A stretch of DNA of 64,000 bases, taken from NCBI GenBank assembly GCA_964392365.1, contig CAYMPH010000010.1:2146-66145 (forward strand), read 5' to 3'. The stretch comes from an uncultured Leptospirales bacterium (lineage in GTDB: Bacteria > Spirochaetota > UBA4802 > UBA5550). The translations under genes were made by a program, and so were the position numbers. Positions 31,799 to 42,181 of this stretch are shown here, one piece after another. Every line of letters begins with the position of its first letter. Within the stretch, counting starts at the first letter, position 1. The notes under the pieces were generated by a model that was not told the origin of the DNA, did not search any database, and was given only the letters and a program-made list of their open reading frames with translations.

Positions 31799-33115
31799 CT
31801 ATTTAGCGTTAATAAGCTCCATAAGTTTCACAGGTTTCAGCTTTTTTATTTTTGCTGATGTATATATGAATTCCATTGCTCCATCCAGCATTAGTTCTGC
31901 TTCAATATTTGTTCGTTTATTTTCTTTGGTAATCATTTCTTCAATTTCTTCAACGCTTTTATTATTTTTTAAAGCAATACCTTCTATAACTTCCTTATAT
32001 CTGTTCTCATCTACTTTAAGTTCTTCTTTTTTAACTATTTCAGATAATACAAGTGTCGTTTTAATTGACTGGGTTGCATCCTCGTGAAGTTTGGAACGAA
32101 GCGTTTCAGGATCAATTCCCATTAATTCAGCGAATTCAGTAAAATTATCATTGTTGTAGCCAATTCTCTGCTGCGTTCTTTTAAATAAAGAATACATTTC
32201 TGTAACTATAAGCGATTCAGGTATTTCAAATTTAGTGTTTTTTACTATTTCTTCAATAATTTTAGCTTTAGCATCACCTTTTGTTTTTTCAACAACGTAC
32301 CGTTCAATATACTCTCGGAGTTTCTTCTGCATATCCTCTTTGGATTCATAATTATTTTTTTTCGCAAGTTCGTCATCAAAATCAGGAAGTTTCATATCGC
32401 TTATTTCATAAACCTGAACCAGATATTTGACTTTTTTACCTGCAATGTCTTTTATATAATAATCATCCTGATATGATACAGTTATCTCTTTTTCTTCATC
32501 AACCTTCATTCCTATTATTCCTTCATCTAAAGCTGATTCCTCTTTAGATTTTCCAAGAATAATTGAATATTCCTTAAAATCATCCTTTTCTATATCAAGC
32601 CTTCTTAGTCTGATTCTAACCATGTTCCCTTTTTTTGCAGTTTCACCTTTTTCTTTGATTATTGCTTCAGCGTGTTTTTCTCTTATCGAATCTATTTCTT
32701 CTTTAATGTCATTATCATTTACTTCACATGACTGCTCTTCTATATGAATATCCTTGTATTTACCCAGCTCAATTGTTGGAGGAACTTCAAATATCGCCTT
32801 GAATTTAAAATCGGAACCTCTTGTTGCTTTTTCAAACTCAAACTTTGGTTCTGTTATTGGAGTATATTTTTTTTCAGTTACAGCATCCCAGAATTCCTGC
32901 TTGGAAATATTTTCTGCAACTTCATGATCAGCTGCTTCGCTGTATCTGCTTTCAATAAGGCTTAACGGAGCTTTACCTTTACGGAAACCATCTAATTTAG
33001 CTGATTTAATGAATTTATCATAAACCATCTTATATTCAATTTCAACACGCTCTTTTGGTATTTCTACTTCAATTTCATATCTTGAATTCTCTAATTTTTT
33101 TTCTGATATGTTCAA
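31799..33115 (-). CDS. tig: trigger factor
   Basis: Acidic 438 aa protein. It sits in the conserved tig-clpP-clpX-lon order, and its ribosome-binding GFRKGK motif is present. Confidence 0.85.
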   Translation of the reverse strand: MNISEKKLENSRYEIEVEIPKERVEIEYKMVYDKFIKSAKLDGFRKGKAPLSLIESRYSEAADHEVAENISKQEFWDAVTEKKYTPITEPKFEFEKATRGSDFKFKAIFEVPPTIELGKYKDIHIEEQSCEVNDNDIKEEIDSIREKHAEAIIKEKGETAKKGNMVRIRLRRLDIEKDDFKEYSIILGKSKEESALDEGIIGMKVDEEKEITVSYQDDYYIKDIAGKKVKYLVQVYEISDMKLPDFDDELAKKNNYESKEDMQKKLREYIERYVVEKTKGDAKAKIIEEIVKNTKFEIPESLIVTEMYSLFKRTQQRIGYNNDNFTEFAELMGIDPETLRSKLHEDATQSIKTTLVLSEIVKKEELKVDENRYKEVIEGIALKNNKSVEEIEEMITKENKRTNIEAELMLDGAMEFIYTSAKIKKLKPVKLMELINAK

Positions 33116-33285
33116 TTTAACACCCCTACTGTGAATTATTTAGTTTTCAATGAATTTATAAACAACTTAAGCGTCAAACATTTTTTCTATAATATTGTTC
33201 ATGTATTTTCAAATATAATTTATGATTTTCCATATGTTTAATTATGATATGAAAATTAAATTAGTATAATATTATGTAGATATAA

Positions 33286-33316
33286 AAAAAAAGCCGCTTT
33301 TAGCGGCTTTTTTTTG
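33286..33316. terminator. rho-independent terminator downstream of the tRNA-Leu/Gly pair
   Basis: aaagccgc-tttta-gcggcttt hairpin flanked by A- and T-runs. Confidence 0.7.
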
Positions 33317-33319
33317 ATG

Positions 33320-33391
<72 letters not shown>

Positions 33392-33427
33392 GCTTTAGGA
33401 TTATGATTTGCCGATACAATCGGCTTT

Positions 33428-33510
33428 TGCGAGCGAAGGGAATCGAACCCCCACGCCTTTCGGCACTAGATCCTAAGTCTAGCGTGTCTGCCTAGTTCCA
33501 CCACGCTCGC
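33428..33510 (-). tRNA. tRNA-Leu (anticodon TAG), type II with a long variable arm
   Basis: The reverse complement has anticodon loop CTTAGGA and a 12-nt variable stem-loop. Confidence 0.85.
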
Positions 33511-33586
33511 TTATGGGTTTATCCTGAATTTTTCAAGATTAACAATGTATCTCGGACAATATTTTATAACTGCAATAAATTTCAAG

Positions 33587-33850
33587 TTATTTTTTTAATA
33601 TTGAACCATTAGTTGTGTGGCAGGAATTACAGCCCGGAAAAGTTCCTATTTTGGAATAATTAATCTGGCCTTTTTTATATCCCTGTTTAAATCCTTCCTG
33701 TCTTAAAATTTTTGTAGTCTGGTTATGACAGTATGCGCAGCCGCCTTCAACATCACCCATCTCTTTTATGTGCAGCTGCTGGTTTTGCGGCGTAGCAAAC
33801 AGCGTGGAAATAGATAATGTTACCGCTGCAATAATAATAAATTTTTTCAT
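33587..33850 (-). CDS. small secreted diheme cytochrome c
   Basis: Signal peptide plus CAYCH and CNSCH motifs. Confidence 0.7.
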   Translation of the reverse strand: MKKFIIIAAVTLSISTLFATPQNQQLHIKEMGDVEGGCAYCHNQTTKILRQEGFKQGYKKGQINYSKIGTFPGCNSCHTTNGSILKK

Positions 33851-33915
33851 TTATACCTCCGTTTATTTTCATCAATTGGGATATTTAAATATATAAACAA
33901 ATCTATGTTACAATA

Positions 33916-33960
33916 TTAATTAAGTATATTTTTTTTTCAATTAAAAATATACTTAATTAA
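33916..33960. promoter_or_regulatory. inverted repeat with 18-nt perfect arms (ttaattaagtatattttt / aaaaatatacttaattaa) in a divergent promoter region
   Basis: The arms read as exact reverse complements. Confidence 0.5.
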
Positions 33961-34030
33961 TAAATTATTAAATGCAGTTTATCTTAAGATTACTATGATT
34001 CTTTAATATATGATATTATTTATTGACAGG

Positions 34031-34068
34031 AATAATCTTTAATATATAGATATATATTAAAGATTATT
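34031..34068. promoter_or_regulatory. 38-bp perfect palindrome (aataatctttaatatata-ga-tatatattaaagattatt) overlapping the -10 region of the Fe-S gene promoter; candidate operator
   Basis: Read directly from the sequence. A TTGACA sits at 34023-34028, and the AGGAG RBS and ATG follow at 34095. Confidence 0.55.
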
Positions 34069-34094
34069 AATTCATTAAAAGGAGCAGACTCCTT

Positions 34095-35696
34095 ATGATA
34101 GCAGGCATACCCTATTTACATACAATAACTGATTCCAGCGGCAGACTTTGGAGAACTGGAAAAGATACCATTGAGCAGCTTGCTGATTTGATGAACGACC
34201 AGTCAATTTATCCTCTGCAGACAAGTGATGAACTTTTTCATATTTTTGATGCAGCCCTGACAACAGAAGAAATTGAATTTATGCTACTGATTGGCGGAGG
34301 AAGTCACACCTATGATTCATTAAAAAGTAAAACAAAGCTGAAAGAAAAAGAATTTGATAGAATATTAACAACGCTTTTGCATAAAGGCCCATTAGCCATA
34401 ATCCGAAATGAAAACAATGAGAAAGTTTATCATATTATGACAATATTTCCCGGATGGTTTGAATTTTTCATGATGCGCGGGGTTGATGATGAAGAACACC
34501 GTCTTTTTGCACAACGAATAGAAAAACTTTTCACTGCTGCATATGCTTTCGGCAATGAGGATGTTATCAATGATCTTGTGAAAGCTGTTGGTCCGCACCT
34601 GACAGTAAGCATTATGGATAAGCCGGATTCATCTACATTGCAAATAAACGAAAAGCTCAACAAGGAAAATCATGTATATTCAGCCGGGAATGTTACTTCA
34701 TTTTTCAATATGCTGGATGATAAAGAATTTTTAAGTGTAGGCCATTGCCTTTGCAGGTATGAAAAAGAATTGATTGGAGATCACTGCCGTGTGGATATGC
34801 CGATGGAAACCTGCATCTCAGTAGGTCCGGCAGCTGAATATCTCATTGAACAGGGAATTTCCAGGAAAATTACCAAGAACGAAGCATTATCAATGATTAA
34901 AGATTTTCAGGATAAAGGATGTATCCATCAGACCGGGAGAACAATTCCGTTAAAGGACTTTAAATCAAAATATCCGGTTGATGTTATCTGCAACTGCTGC
35001 TGGGACTGCTGCGGAGTTGTTGGAAATTACAATAGAGGATATCTGCCTCTTACTGTAACATCTTATTATCGTGCATCCATTCCTGATGTTTCATTATGTA
35101 CAGGCTGCGGGAAATGCGTTGAGTTCTGTCCGGTCGGGATAATAAAAATTAATGATGACGGTATTGCTGAAATCAAAAATGAACTGTGTATCGGCTGCGG
35201 CCAGTGTCAATATCATTGTGCAACAGATGCTGTATTTTTAAATCCTGATAACAGAATTGTTTTTCTTCCTATGCTTGGAAAAGATGGCGCCAGAATCAAA
35301 CCGCCGAAAGAACTGGATTCATCAACTGAAGAAAGTGCTGACACTGATGGAATAAAATCTGTTAGCCGGGATGAAGTTTTAAAAGTTCTTGAAGAAACTA
35401 GAGAAAAACTTTACAGGCCTGATATACATAAAGTATTTAAAAAATGGAATAAAACAATGCTCTATCATTTTACTGATTTCGACGAATTCTGGTATTTTAT
35501 TATTAAAGACGGGATTCCGGGATCGTTAAAACAGGGAGCACTTGATGATCCTGAAATTTATTATACACTCACAGGTTCAGTATTCGTTGGTTTGATGAGA
35601 AAGGAAATTGACGGTTTTAAAGCATTCAGGAAAAAACTTGTGCAGGTTAAAGCTCCTGTAATGGATCTTATAAAGCTTCAGAAGCTGATTGGATGA
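34095..35696 (+). CDS. 4Fe-4S dicluster domain-containing protein, function unknown
   Basis: CTGCGKCVEFCP and CIGCGQCQYHC ferredoxin motifs, plus further Cys clusters (CNCCWDCCG). Confidence 0.6.
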   Translation: MIAGIPYLHTITDSSGRLWRTGKDTIEQLADLMNDQSIYPLQTSDELFHIFDAALTTEEIEFMLLIGGGSHTYDSLKSKTKLKEKEFDRILTTLLHKGPLAIIRNENNEKVYHIMTIFPGWFEFFMMRGVDDEEHRLFAQRIEKLFTAAYAFGNEDVINDLVKAVGPHLTVSIMDKPDSSTLQINEKLNKENHVYSAGNVTSFFNMLDDKEFLSVGHCLCRYEKELIGDHCRVDMPMETCISVGPAAEYLIEQGISRKITKNEALSMIKDFQDKGCIHQTGRTIPLKDFKSKYPVDVICNCCWDCCGVVGNYNRGYLPLTVTSYYRASIPDVSLCTGCGKCVEFCPVGIIKINDDGIAEIKNELCIGCGQCQYHCATDAVFLNPDNRIVFLPMLGKDGARIKPPKELDSSTEESADTDGIKSVSRDEVLKVLEETREKLYRPDIHKVFKKWNKTMLYHFTDFDEFWYFIIKDGIPGSLKQGALDDPEIYYTLTGSVFVGLMRKEIDGFKAFRKKLVQVKAPVMDLIKLQKLIG

Positions 35697-35769
35697 TGTT
35701 ATTGATAAAACTCTGCACATCTGAGATTCTGAGTCAAATAATTATTACAGCTATATTCAACGTAAAATT

Positions 35770-36480
35770 ATGAATACAGAAATCCTCTATGAAGATAATC
35801 ATCTTCTTATAGTAAATAAAAAACCTGGAGAGCTTGTTCAGTCTGATATTTCAGGGGTTGAATCTTTGCAGGAAAAGTTAAAAGAATATATCAGGGTGAA
35901 ATATTCAAAACCCGGAAATGTGTTTTTGGGAATTGTTCACAGGCTCGATAAGCCTGTATCCGGAATAACAATTTTTGCAAGGACATCCAAAGCTGCAGCA
36001 AGACTTCATGAGCAGTTTCTTTCAAGGGATATTATAAAAAGATATATTGCTGTATTAAAAAAGAATTCAATTATCAAAAACGAATGGATGGATCTCAGGC
36101 ACGGCATAAAAACAAATGACGGATTTGTTGAAATTACAGATACAGGAATGCCCGGCAGTAAATCTGCTGAACTGAGATTCAGAGAAATAACCTCTAATAA
36201 TAAATATACCCTGGCAGCAGTGGATTTATTAACAGGAAGGAAACATCAGATCCGGGCTCAGTTTGCGAAAATCGGGTTGCCTGTAGTCGGTGATGCTGAT
36301 TATGGTTCTGATGAAAAAACAAATGACAACTCAATCCTCCTTCATGCTGTATATATTAAATTCAAACATCCCGTTAAAGATACAATTATTGAATTAGAAA
36401 CAGATTATCCTGAAAGATTCCTTGATAAAATAACAGCGGATTATAAAATGATATCAAATATAATAAAGGATGAGAAATGA
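35770..36480 (+). CDS. RluA-family pseudouridine synthase
   Basis: HRLDKPVSG catalytic Asp motif. Confidence 0.75.
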   Translation: MNTEILYEDNHLLIVNKKPGELVQSDISGVESLQEKLKEYIRVKYSKPGNVFLGIVHRLDKPVSGITIFARTSKAAARLHEQFLSRDIIKRYIAVLKKNSIIKNEWMDLRHGIKTNDGFVEITDTGMPGSKSAELRFREITSNNKYTLAAVDLLTGRKHQIRAQFAKIGLPVVGDADYGSDEKTNDNSILLHAVYIKFKHPVKDTIIELETDYPERFLDKITADYKMISNIIKDEK

Positions 36481-37571
36481 ACCCTTTAAATAAAACTGGA
36501 ATATCAAAAAAATTCATAATATCAATATCAATATTATTTTCTGTTTTAATGATTTTTGCTGCAGTTTTCTACAGGCAGATTATCAGCAGTAATATTTCTA
36601 TTTTAAAAGAATCAATTTCCGGCAGCAGCTCTGAACTTGCACGTGAAAAAAGCAATCTGGTAATGGCTGCGCTTAAATTCTCCAATGCTGAAAAAACAGC
36701 AGATATATCAAAAGTATTAAAAGAAATATGCACGGAGGATATTGGTTTTATAGATGCAGTTATATATTCTAAAACTGATGATGAAAATTATTTTAAAGCT
36801 GTTGACCGTTTGAAAATTGCTGATGTGAATTTCAGTATAAAATCCGGTGACATTGTAAAAGAAGGTAAAGATACAAATTTTCTAAACAAAGCTTTAATAG
36901 GTGAAATTATTGATCCGGAAATATATTCATCCGGAAGTTTTTCCTGGCAGAATTCATACTTCAGTTTTGGTAATAAAAAAAAATATATAATTCAGCTTTT
37001 CATATCAGCCGAACCTGCAAGAAAACAGCTTGATAAATATCTTGATTCAGTAAAAACGCAGAGATTTATTATTACATGTGTAAGTTCTTTGTTTGTAATT
37101 ATCATTATTGTTTTATCAGTTATTTTTATACAGAATTATACACTGCTGCTGAAAAAACTTTCTGAATTCATGAAAAATGCCGCAGGTGGAAATCTTTCCT
37201 TGAATATGAATCCTGAAGCAAGCGTTGAAATGAGTGAACTTGCTTCTTCGTTTAACATACTTATTGAAGAAATGAAGGATATGAAAACAAAAGCGGAACG
37301 CACTCCTGAATCAGATCTTTTCAGTCTTGGAGTAGAAAAAATTAAAAATAATAATTATGAAGAAGCAGTTTATATATTCGGAACACTTACCATTCTCAAG
37401 CCTCTAAGCTTCGTTAATTATTTTAATTCCGGTGTTGCATATGCAAAGCTGAAAGAATATGAAAAGGCTCTTGCGATGTTTAAAAAAGCTTATGAAATCA
37501 ACAGCACAAATGAAATGACAAAGAAATATATTGAAAAAATAAATGCTCTGATCTTATCTGATGGAAAATGA
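36477..37571 (+). CDS. membrane protein with a C-terminal TPR-like region, hypothetical
   Basis: Two TM helices. Its start overlaps the upstream stop by 4 nt. Confidence 0.45.
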   Translation: MNPLNKTGISKKFIISISILFSVLMIFAAVFYRQIISSNISILKESISGSSSELAREKSNLVMAALKFSNAEKTADISKVLKEICTEDIGFIDAVIYSKTDDENYFKAVDRLKIADVNFSIKSGDIVKEGKDTNFLNKALIGEIIDPEIYSSGSFSWQNSYFSFGNKKKYIIQLFISAEPARKQLDKYLDSVKTQRFIITCVSSLFVIIIIVLSVIFIQNYTLLLKKLSEFMKNAAGGNLSLNMNPEASVEMSELASSFNILIEEMKDMKTKAERTPESDLFSLGVEKIKNNNYEEAVYIFGTLTILKPLSFVNYFNSGVAYAKLKEYEKALAMFKKAYEINSTNEMTKKYIEKINALILSDGK

Positions 37572-39378
37572 AAAAATAAAAAAAAATTTAAAGTCGATCT
37601 CGGAAGAACCCGGTGTTTATCTTATGAAAGATTCCTCCGGGGCAATTATTTATATCGGGAAAGCCTCCTCTCTGAAAAAAAGAGTTACCTCGTACTTTAA
37701 AAAAAAAGATCATGATCCCAAAACAAGAGTTCTCGTAAAAAATATCGACGATATTGAATACATCATAACTGATTCTGAGATTGAAGCTTTGATTTTTGAA
37801 TCGAATCTGATAAAAAAACATAAACCCAAATTCAATATCCGCATGAAGGATGATAAAAGATATCCTTACATTGCAGTGAAATTTGATGAAGAATATCCTC
37901 GGGTGATTTACACAAGAAAAATTTCAAATACAGTTAACAGATATTTCGGACCGTATACTGATTCAAGAGCAGCAAAAAACACGATGTATCTGATAAATAA
38001 TCTTTTTAAATTAAAGATATGTAAAAGGGATCTTCCTTTAAAACAGAATGAAAGACCCTGCATGAATTTCCAGATTGGAAAATGCGGCGGTGTATGTGCA
38101 GGTGCAATTTCAAAGGAGGAATACCTTGCTTTAATAGTCAATGCGGTAAAATTTCTTGAGGGAAACATTGATCCTGTAATTATAAATTTACAGGAAATGA
38201 TGAAAAACCACTCTTCTAAAATGGAATTTGAAAAAGCAAAATATTACAGGGATATGATTTTTGATATTCAGAAAATTTCTGAAACGCAGAAAGTTGATCT
38301 GCACGCTGGATTTGATCAGGATTATATTGCTGTAACATCAAGGCTTTCTGAAGCTATAGTTATTCTTTTCGAATTCAGGAAAGGCCTTCTTCTAGGTAGA
38401 AAAATTACAATTTTTGACAATGCGGAATATACAGCTGAAAATGAAATTATCAGATCATTCATTGTTGATTATTATTCCCGATCTGAAATACCGCAGAGAA
38501 TTATTACAAAAACAGGAATTGAAGATAAAGATCTGATTGAAAATTATCTTTCTGCTAAATCATCAAGAAAAGTATCGATTATCCAGGCCGTAAGCCAGGA
38601 GGATAAGGGGGTTATAAATCTAATCCTGAAAAATATAGAAATAATCTTTGCCGATAGAAGCGCTTCTGCAATATACGATAACAGGCTCAATGGACTTTCC
38701 GAACTGAAAACAGTTCTTGATCTGAAAGAAATTCCTGATACAATTGAATGTTTTGATATATCAAATATTCAGGGAACAAATTCAACTGCTTCAATGGTTG
38801 TTTTCAGCGACGGTCTTCCTGATAAATCATCATACAGAAGATTTAAAATCAAAGGTTATGAAGGGGCGAATGATCCTGGAATGATACATGAAGCGGTTGC
38901 AAGACATATTCAGCATCTTGTTAATGAGGAACTTGAGCTTCCTAAGCTAATTGTTATTGACGGAGGCATTACACAGCTTTCACGCGCAATTGAGGCTGCT
39001 TCAAATTTTAATGTTGATATTAAAATAATTTCTCTGGCAAAAAAGCTTGAGGAGATTTATTTTTCTCCGGATAAGACTCCTATCAGACTTCCGAAAACTT
39101 CTCCTGCTCTGCATATTTTACAGAATATCCGTGATGAAGCGCACAGATTCGCAGTTACATATCATCGAAAACTCCGTTCAAAAAGCATGACTGCCTCAAA
39201 GTTTGATGATATACCTGATATTGGAGAAAAGACCAGAAATCTCCTTATTAAAGAATTTAAATCTGTAGAAAATATTAAAAATGCAACTAAAGAAATGATT
39301 CAGTCAATTGATGGTATTGGTGAAAAAACAGCTGATAAAATTTTTGAGTATTTTCAAACTCATTCCAGCAGTAAATAA
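37561..39378 (+). CDS. uvrC: excinuclease ABC subunit C
   Basis: N-terminal GIY-YIG (GVYLMKD...IIYIGKA), UvrBC domain and a C-terminal HhH. Confidence 0.9.
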   Translation: MENEKIKKNLKSISEEPGVYLMKDSSGAIIYIGKASSLKKRVTSYFKKKDHDPKTRVLVKNIDDIEYIITDSEIEALIFESNLIKKHKPKFNIRMKDDKRYPYIAVKFDEEYPRVIYTRKISNTVNRYFGPYTDSRAAKNTMYLINNLFKLKICKRDLPLKQNERPCMNFQIGKCGGVCAGAISKEEYLALIVNAVKFLEGNIDPVIINLQEMMKNHSSKMEFEKAKYYRDMIFDIQKISETQKVDLHAGFDQDYIAVTSRLSEAIVILFEFRKGLLLGRKITIFDNAEYTAENEIIRSFIVDYYSRSEIPQRIITKTGIEDKDLIENYLSAKSSRKVSIIQAVSQEDKGVINLILKNIEIIFADRSASAIYDNRLNGLSELKTVLDLKEIPDTIECFDISNIQGTNSTASMVVFSDGLPDKSSYRRFKIKGYEGANDPGMIHEAVARHIQHLVNEELELPKLIVIDGGITQLSRAIEAASNFNVDIKIISLAKKLEEIYFSPDKTPIRLPKTSPALHILQNIRDEAHRFAVTYHRKLRSKSMTASKFDDIPDIGEKTRNLLIKEFKSVENIKNATKEMIQSIDGIGEKTADKIFEYFQTHSSSK

Positions 39379-39453
39379 ACTAAATTTAGAATTTTTCTTT
39401 ACATTTTAAATGTACAACAATTATAATGTTTATGTTGAAATAATAAAATCTAT

Positions 39454-39527
39454 CGGGGCGTAGCGCAGTCAGGTAGCGCACATGACTGGGGGTCATGTGG
39501 TCGGAGGTTCAAATCCTCTCGTCCCGA
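39454..39527 (+). tRNA. tRNA-Pro (anticodon GGG)
   Basis: Acceptor CGGGGCG/CGTCCCG, anticodon loop CTGGGGG and T-loop TTCAAAT. Confidence 0.85.
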
Positions 39528-39970
39528 AATGCATAAACAGATATTGCTTAATATACAGTGATTTAGAACAATAAACTCAAATAATAAACAAATCAATAGC
39601 AAAAAACTCTAAAAATTATAGAATTATATTAAATGTTATAGAGTTACATAGAGTGATTTACATTTTTATACAACGTTTATACAACGATTTTCTTTATACA
39701 AATTTGAATAATAAGTCAGTCAACCCTCCCCTTTTTTCATTATTAATAATTTCTTATTTCAGAAAATATTTCAATTTTATTTTATAATGAATTCATAACC
39801 GTCAAGCATACTTGGGATGTTCTTATCGAAAATTTGAAATTTAAACGTAGAAATAAACTTTCTGATACTGAACAGTTATTGGATTTATCTTTCAGAGCCA
39901 ATAGGGTTAAGGTTAAGAAACATTTTCAGCATTTTGATTGGGATAATCGAGTTAACAAGAATATATGGAA

Positions 39971-40074
39971 GATTGCGAGGTGGAAATAAAAAAACCCCTG
40001 AAGATTTTCAAGGGTTTCGTTTGCTGATAAAAATACATTATTTTTTGATTTAAAATTTGTCAATAAAAAAATTC
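39971..40074. repeat. copy 1 of an ~100-bp intergenic repeat (hairpin terminator plus a ttgctgataaaa...tttgtcaat promoter-like segment)
   Basis: About 80% identical to 40545..40647. It contains an aaaaaacccctgaag..tcaagggttt hairpin. Confidence 0.6.
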
Positions 40075-40093
40075 TAATAAGGAGAAAAACAAT

Positions 40094-40531
40094 ATGAACA
40101 ACCAACAGTTAATGAAAATTCGTGAAATTAAATACATATACGGCAAATCAGTAAAAATGCAAAATCTATCTAATCCTGAAGATGTTGCCGAATTTTTCCG
40201 CAAAATATGCTGTCCTGTAAAAGAACAATTTACTTGTATCTTCCTGAACAACAAAAATAAAGTTCTGGGATACGAAATTGTTTCTGTGGGAACTATCAAC
40301 GAATCGCTTGTACATCCTCGTGAAGTATTCCGAGGTGCGATACTATTAAGTGCCTCCAATATTATCGTTGCTCACAACCATCCTTCGGGCGACACTAAAC
40401 CTTCGAGAGAAGACATAGAAACTACCAAACGATTAAAAGAATCTGGTAATATTTTAGGAATACCTTTAACTGACCATATAGTTGTTGGGGATGATTCTTA
40501 TTATTCTTTTAGAGAGGAAAATTTGGTTTGA
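40094..40531 (+). CDS. RadC-like JAB-domain protein (DUF2466)
   Basis: HNHPSGDTKPSREDIETTKRL JAMM-like motif. Confidence 0.7.
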   Translation: MNNQQLMKIREIKYIYGKSVKMQNLSNPEDVAEFFRKICCPVKEQFTCIFLNNKNKVLGYEIVSVGTINESLVHPREVFRGAILLSASNIIVAHNHPSGDTKPSREDIETTKRLKESGNILGIPLTDHIVVGDDSYYSFREENLV

Positions 40532-40544
40532 AACTGCCTATAGG

Positions 40545-40647
40545 AATTGAGAGGTTGAAATAAAAAACCCCTGATGTTTATCAAGGGTTTTCTTTGCTGA
40601 TAAAATTACAATATTTTCAAGTTTAAAGTTTGTCAATGATAAATTTA
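40545..40647. repeat. copy 2 of the ~100-bp intergenic repeat
   Basis: See copy 1. Confidence 0.6.
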
Positions 40648-40695
40648 TGTTTCATTTTATTAGATTATATAGAATGATTTACACGGAAGGTACAT

Positions 40696-41586
40696 ATGAA
40701 TAATTCAATACAAATGGAAAAAAATTTTGCAAAGTATTGGATAAATAAATATTGTCCAAATATTTTAAAAATATATGAGCCCAAAAATAATGAATGGAAA
40801 AGAATCAACCAGAAGGTAAAAAATAGAAATAATTTTATTAAGTTACAAAATCAACCATACAACTACGAGTTAACTTTATTTAATTTATTAACAAATATAG
40901 AAGACGACAATTTATCTGAAAATGATAAAAATTACACAAAATGTTATATTGAGTATATAGATAAATTATTTGATGATATCCACACATTACTTCCTGCTTC
41001 TGATAACATTAAATTAAGAAGAACAATTATTAATTTAATGGAAAATTTTGATGTTATTATTCCAAAAGGAAATATACTAAAATCACGATTTAAAGATAAT
41101 TTGGGGGAACTTCAAGCTCTTCATAAATTTCTTATTTCACGTAATTTTAAATTAAAATCTGTTGAAAATAAAAATGAAAGTGGAACATCTTTTGATTTAT
41201 TACTAACTGATATTCAGAATGATAAGTATTCAATTGAAATTGTAAATTATACCGTTGATTTACTAAAATGGGATAATGAAGATGATTTGAAAAAATTTTT
41301 TGGTTATAGATTAGACAAAAAGATTAAAAGTAAAAAATTCACAAATAAAGATATAAAAAATCTTAGTCATTTTTTTCTTGTTAACCTATGGACCAATGAT
41401 AAATTTGAATTACTTGTTAAATTTAAAAACTTTTTTGAAAATTATAATGTCTATGATACATTCAATATAATTTTTAGTGAAACTGTAGCATATAAAATCA
41501 ATGAAACAAAATTTACATTTGAATATGCATCAGTAATTAGTCTGATAAATAATTATAATAATGCAATTATAAAACACTACACATAA
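40696..41586 (+). CDS. hypothetical protein (island cargo)
   Basis: 296 aa, Asn/Lys-rich, with no recognisable motifs. Confidence 0.4.
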   Translation: MNNSIQMEKNFAKYWINKYCPNILKIYEPKNNEWKRINQKVKNRNNFIKLQNQPYNYELTLFNLLTNIEDDNLSENDKNYTKCYIEYIDKLFDDIHTLLPASDNIKLRRTIINLMENFDVIIPKGNILKSRFKDNLGELQALHKFLISRNFKLKSVENKNESGTSFDLLLTDIQNDKYSIEIVNYTVDLLKWDNEDDLKKFFGYRLDKKIKSKKFTNKDIKNLSHFFLVNLWTNDKFELLVKFKNFFENYNVYDTFNIIFSETVAYKINETKFTFEYASVISLINNYNNAIIKHYT

Positions 41587-41672
41587 CGAGCTTGTTGAAT
41601 CAGTCGATTTGACAAATTACTTCTAAATGTGTCGAATTATAAAATAAATAACAATTATTAAAAAGAGGGAAA

Positions 41673-42095
41673 ATGAAAACCGAATCAGAAATAAGAGAAT
41701 ATACCAAGAAATATAAAAACCATCCTGTTCTATCACACGATATGCTTGATGAAGAAACCGAAAAAGAGTTCTTTAAAAATATTCGCCTGAAAATGCGTGA
41801 AATCCGAAAAGAACTTAAAATGACTCAAAGAGAATTTGGAGAAACTGCTGGAATTGACAGACGCTATGTTGCTAAAGTTGAATGTGGCTCACAAAATCCT
41901 TCTTTTAAATTTATCAGAAGTCTCTCAATAAAACATAAGATATCGATGGACTGGCTTCTTTACGGTATAGGGCAGAAGTATGTTGAAGTTGATGAAAAAA
42001 GTTACGGCTCAGAACTTCTTACTTTTAAAAAATTGTTGGAAAACGGAACAAAAGATGATATTGATGTAATAATGAAAATGATTAAAAAGATATAA
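41673..42095 (+). CDS. XRE-family HTH transcriptional regulator
   Basis: LKMTQREFGETAGIDRRYVAKVECGSQNPS helix-turn-helix. Confidence 0.65.
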   Translation: MKTESEIREYTKKYKNHPVLSHDMLDEETEKEFFKNIRLKMREIRKELKMTQREFGETAGIDRRYVAKVECGSQNPSFKFIRSLSIKHKISMDWLLYGIGQKYVEVDEKSYGSELLTFKKLLENGTKDDIDVIMKMIKKI

Positions 42096-42181
42096 TAACA
42101 CTAATTGCCTTGTACTTTAGAGAGTTGGAGCTCAATATACTATTTACGCTGAAATGTTGCAAAATTTCCTAAAGAAAAATT

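Noticed and set aside
39790-39975. Start-less open frame (…LIENLKFKRRNKLSDTEQLLDLSFRANRVKVKKHFQHFDWDNRVNKNIWKIARWK*) just downstream of tRNA-Pro
   Set aside because: It has no initiator codon or RBS. It may be a gene remnant at the island edge, but the evidence is too weak to call it a feature.
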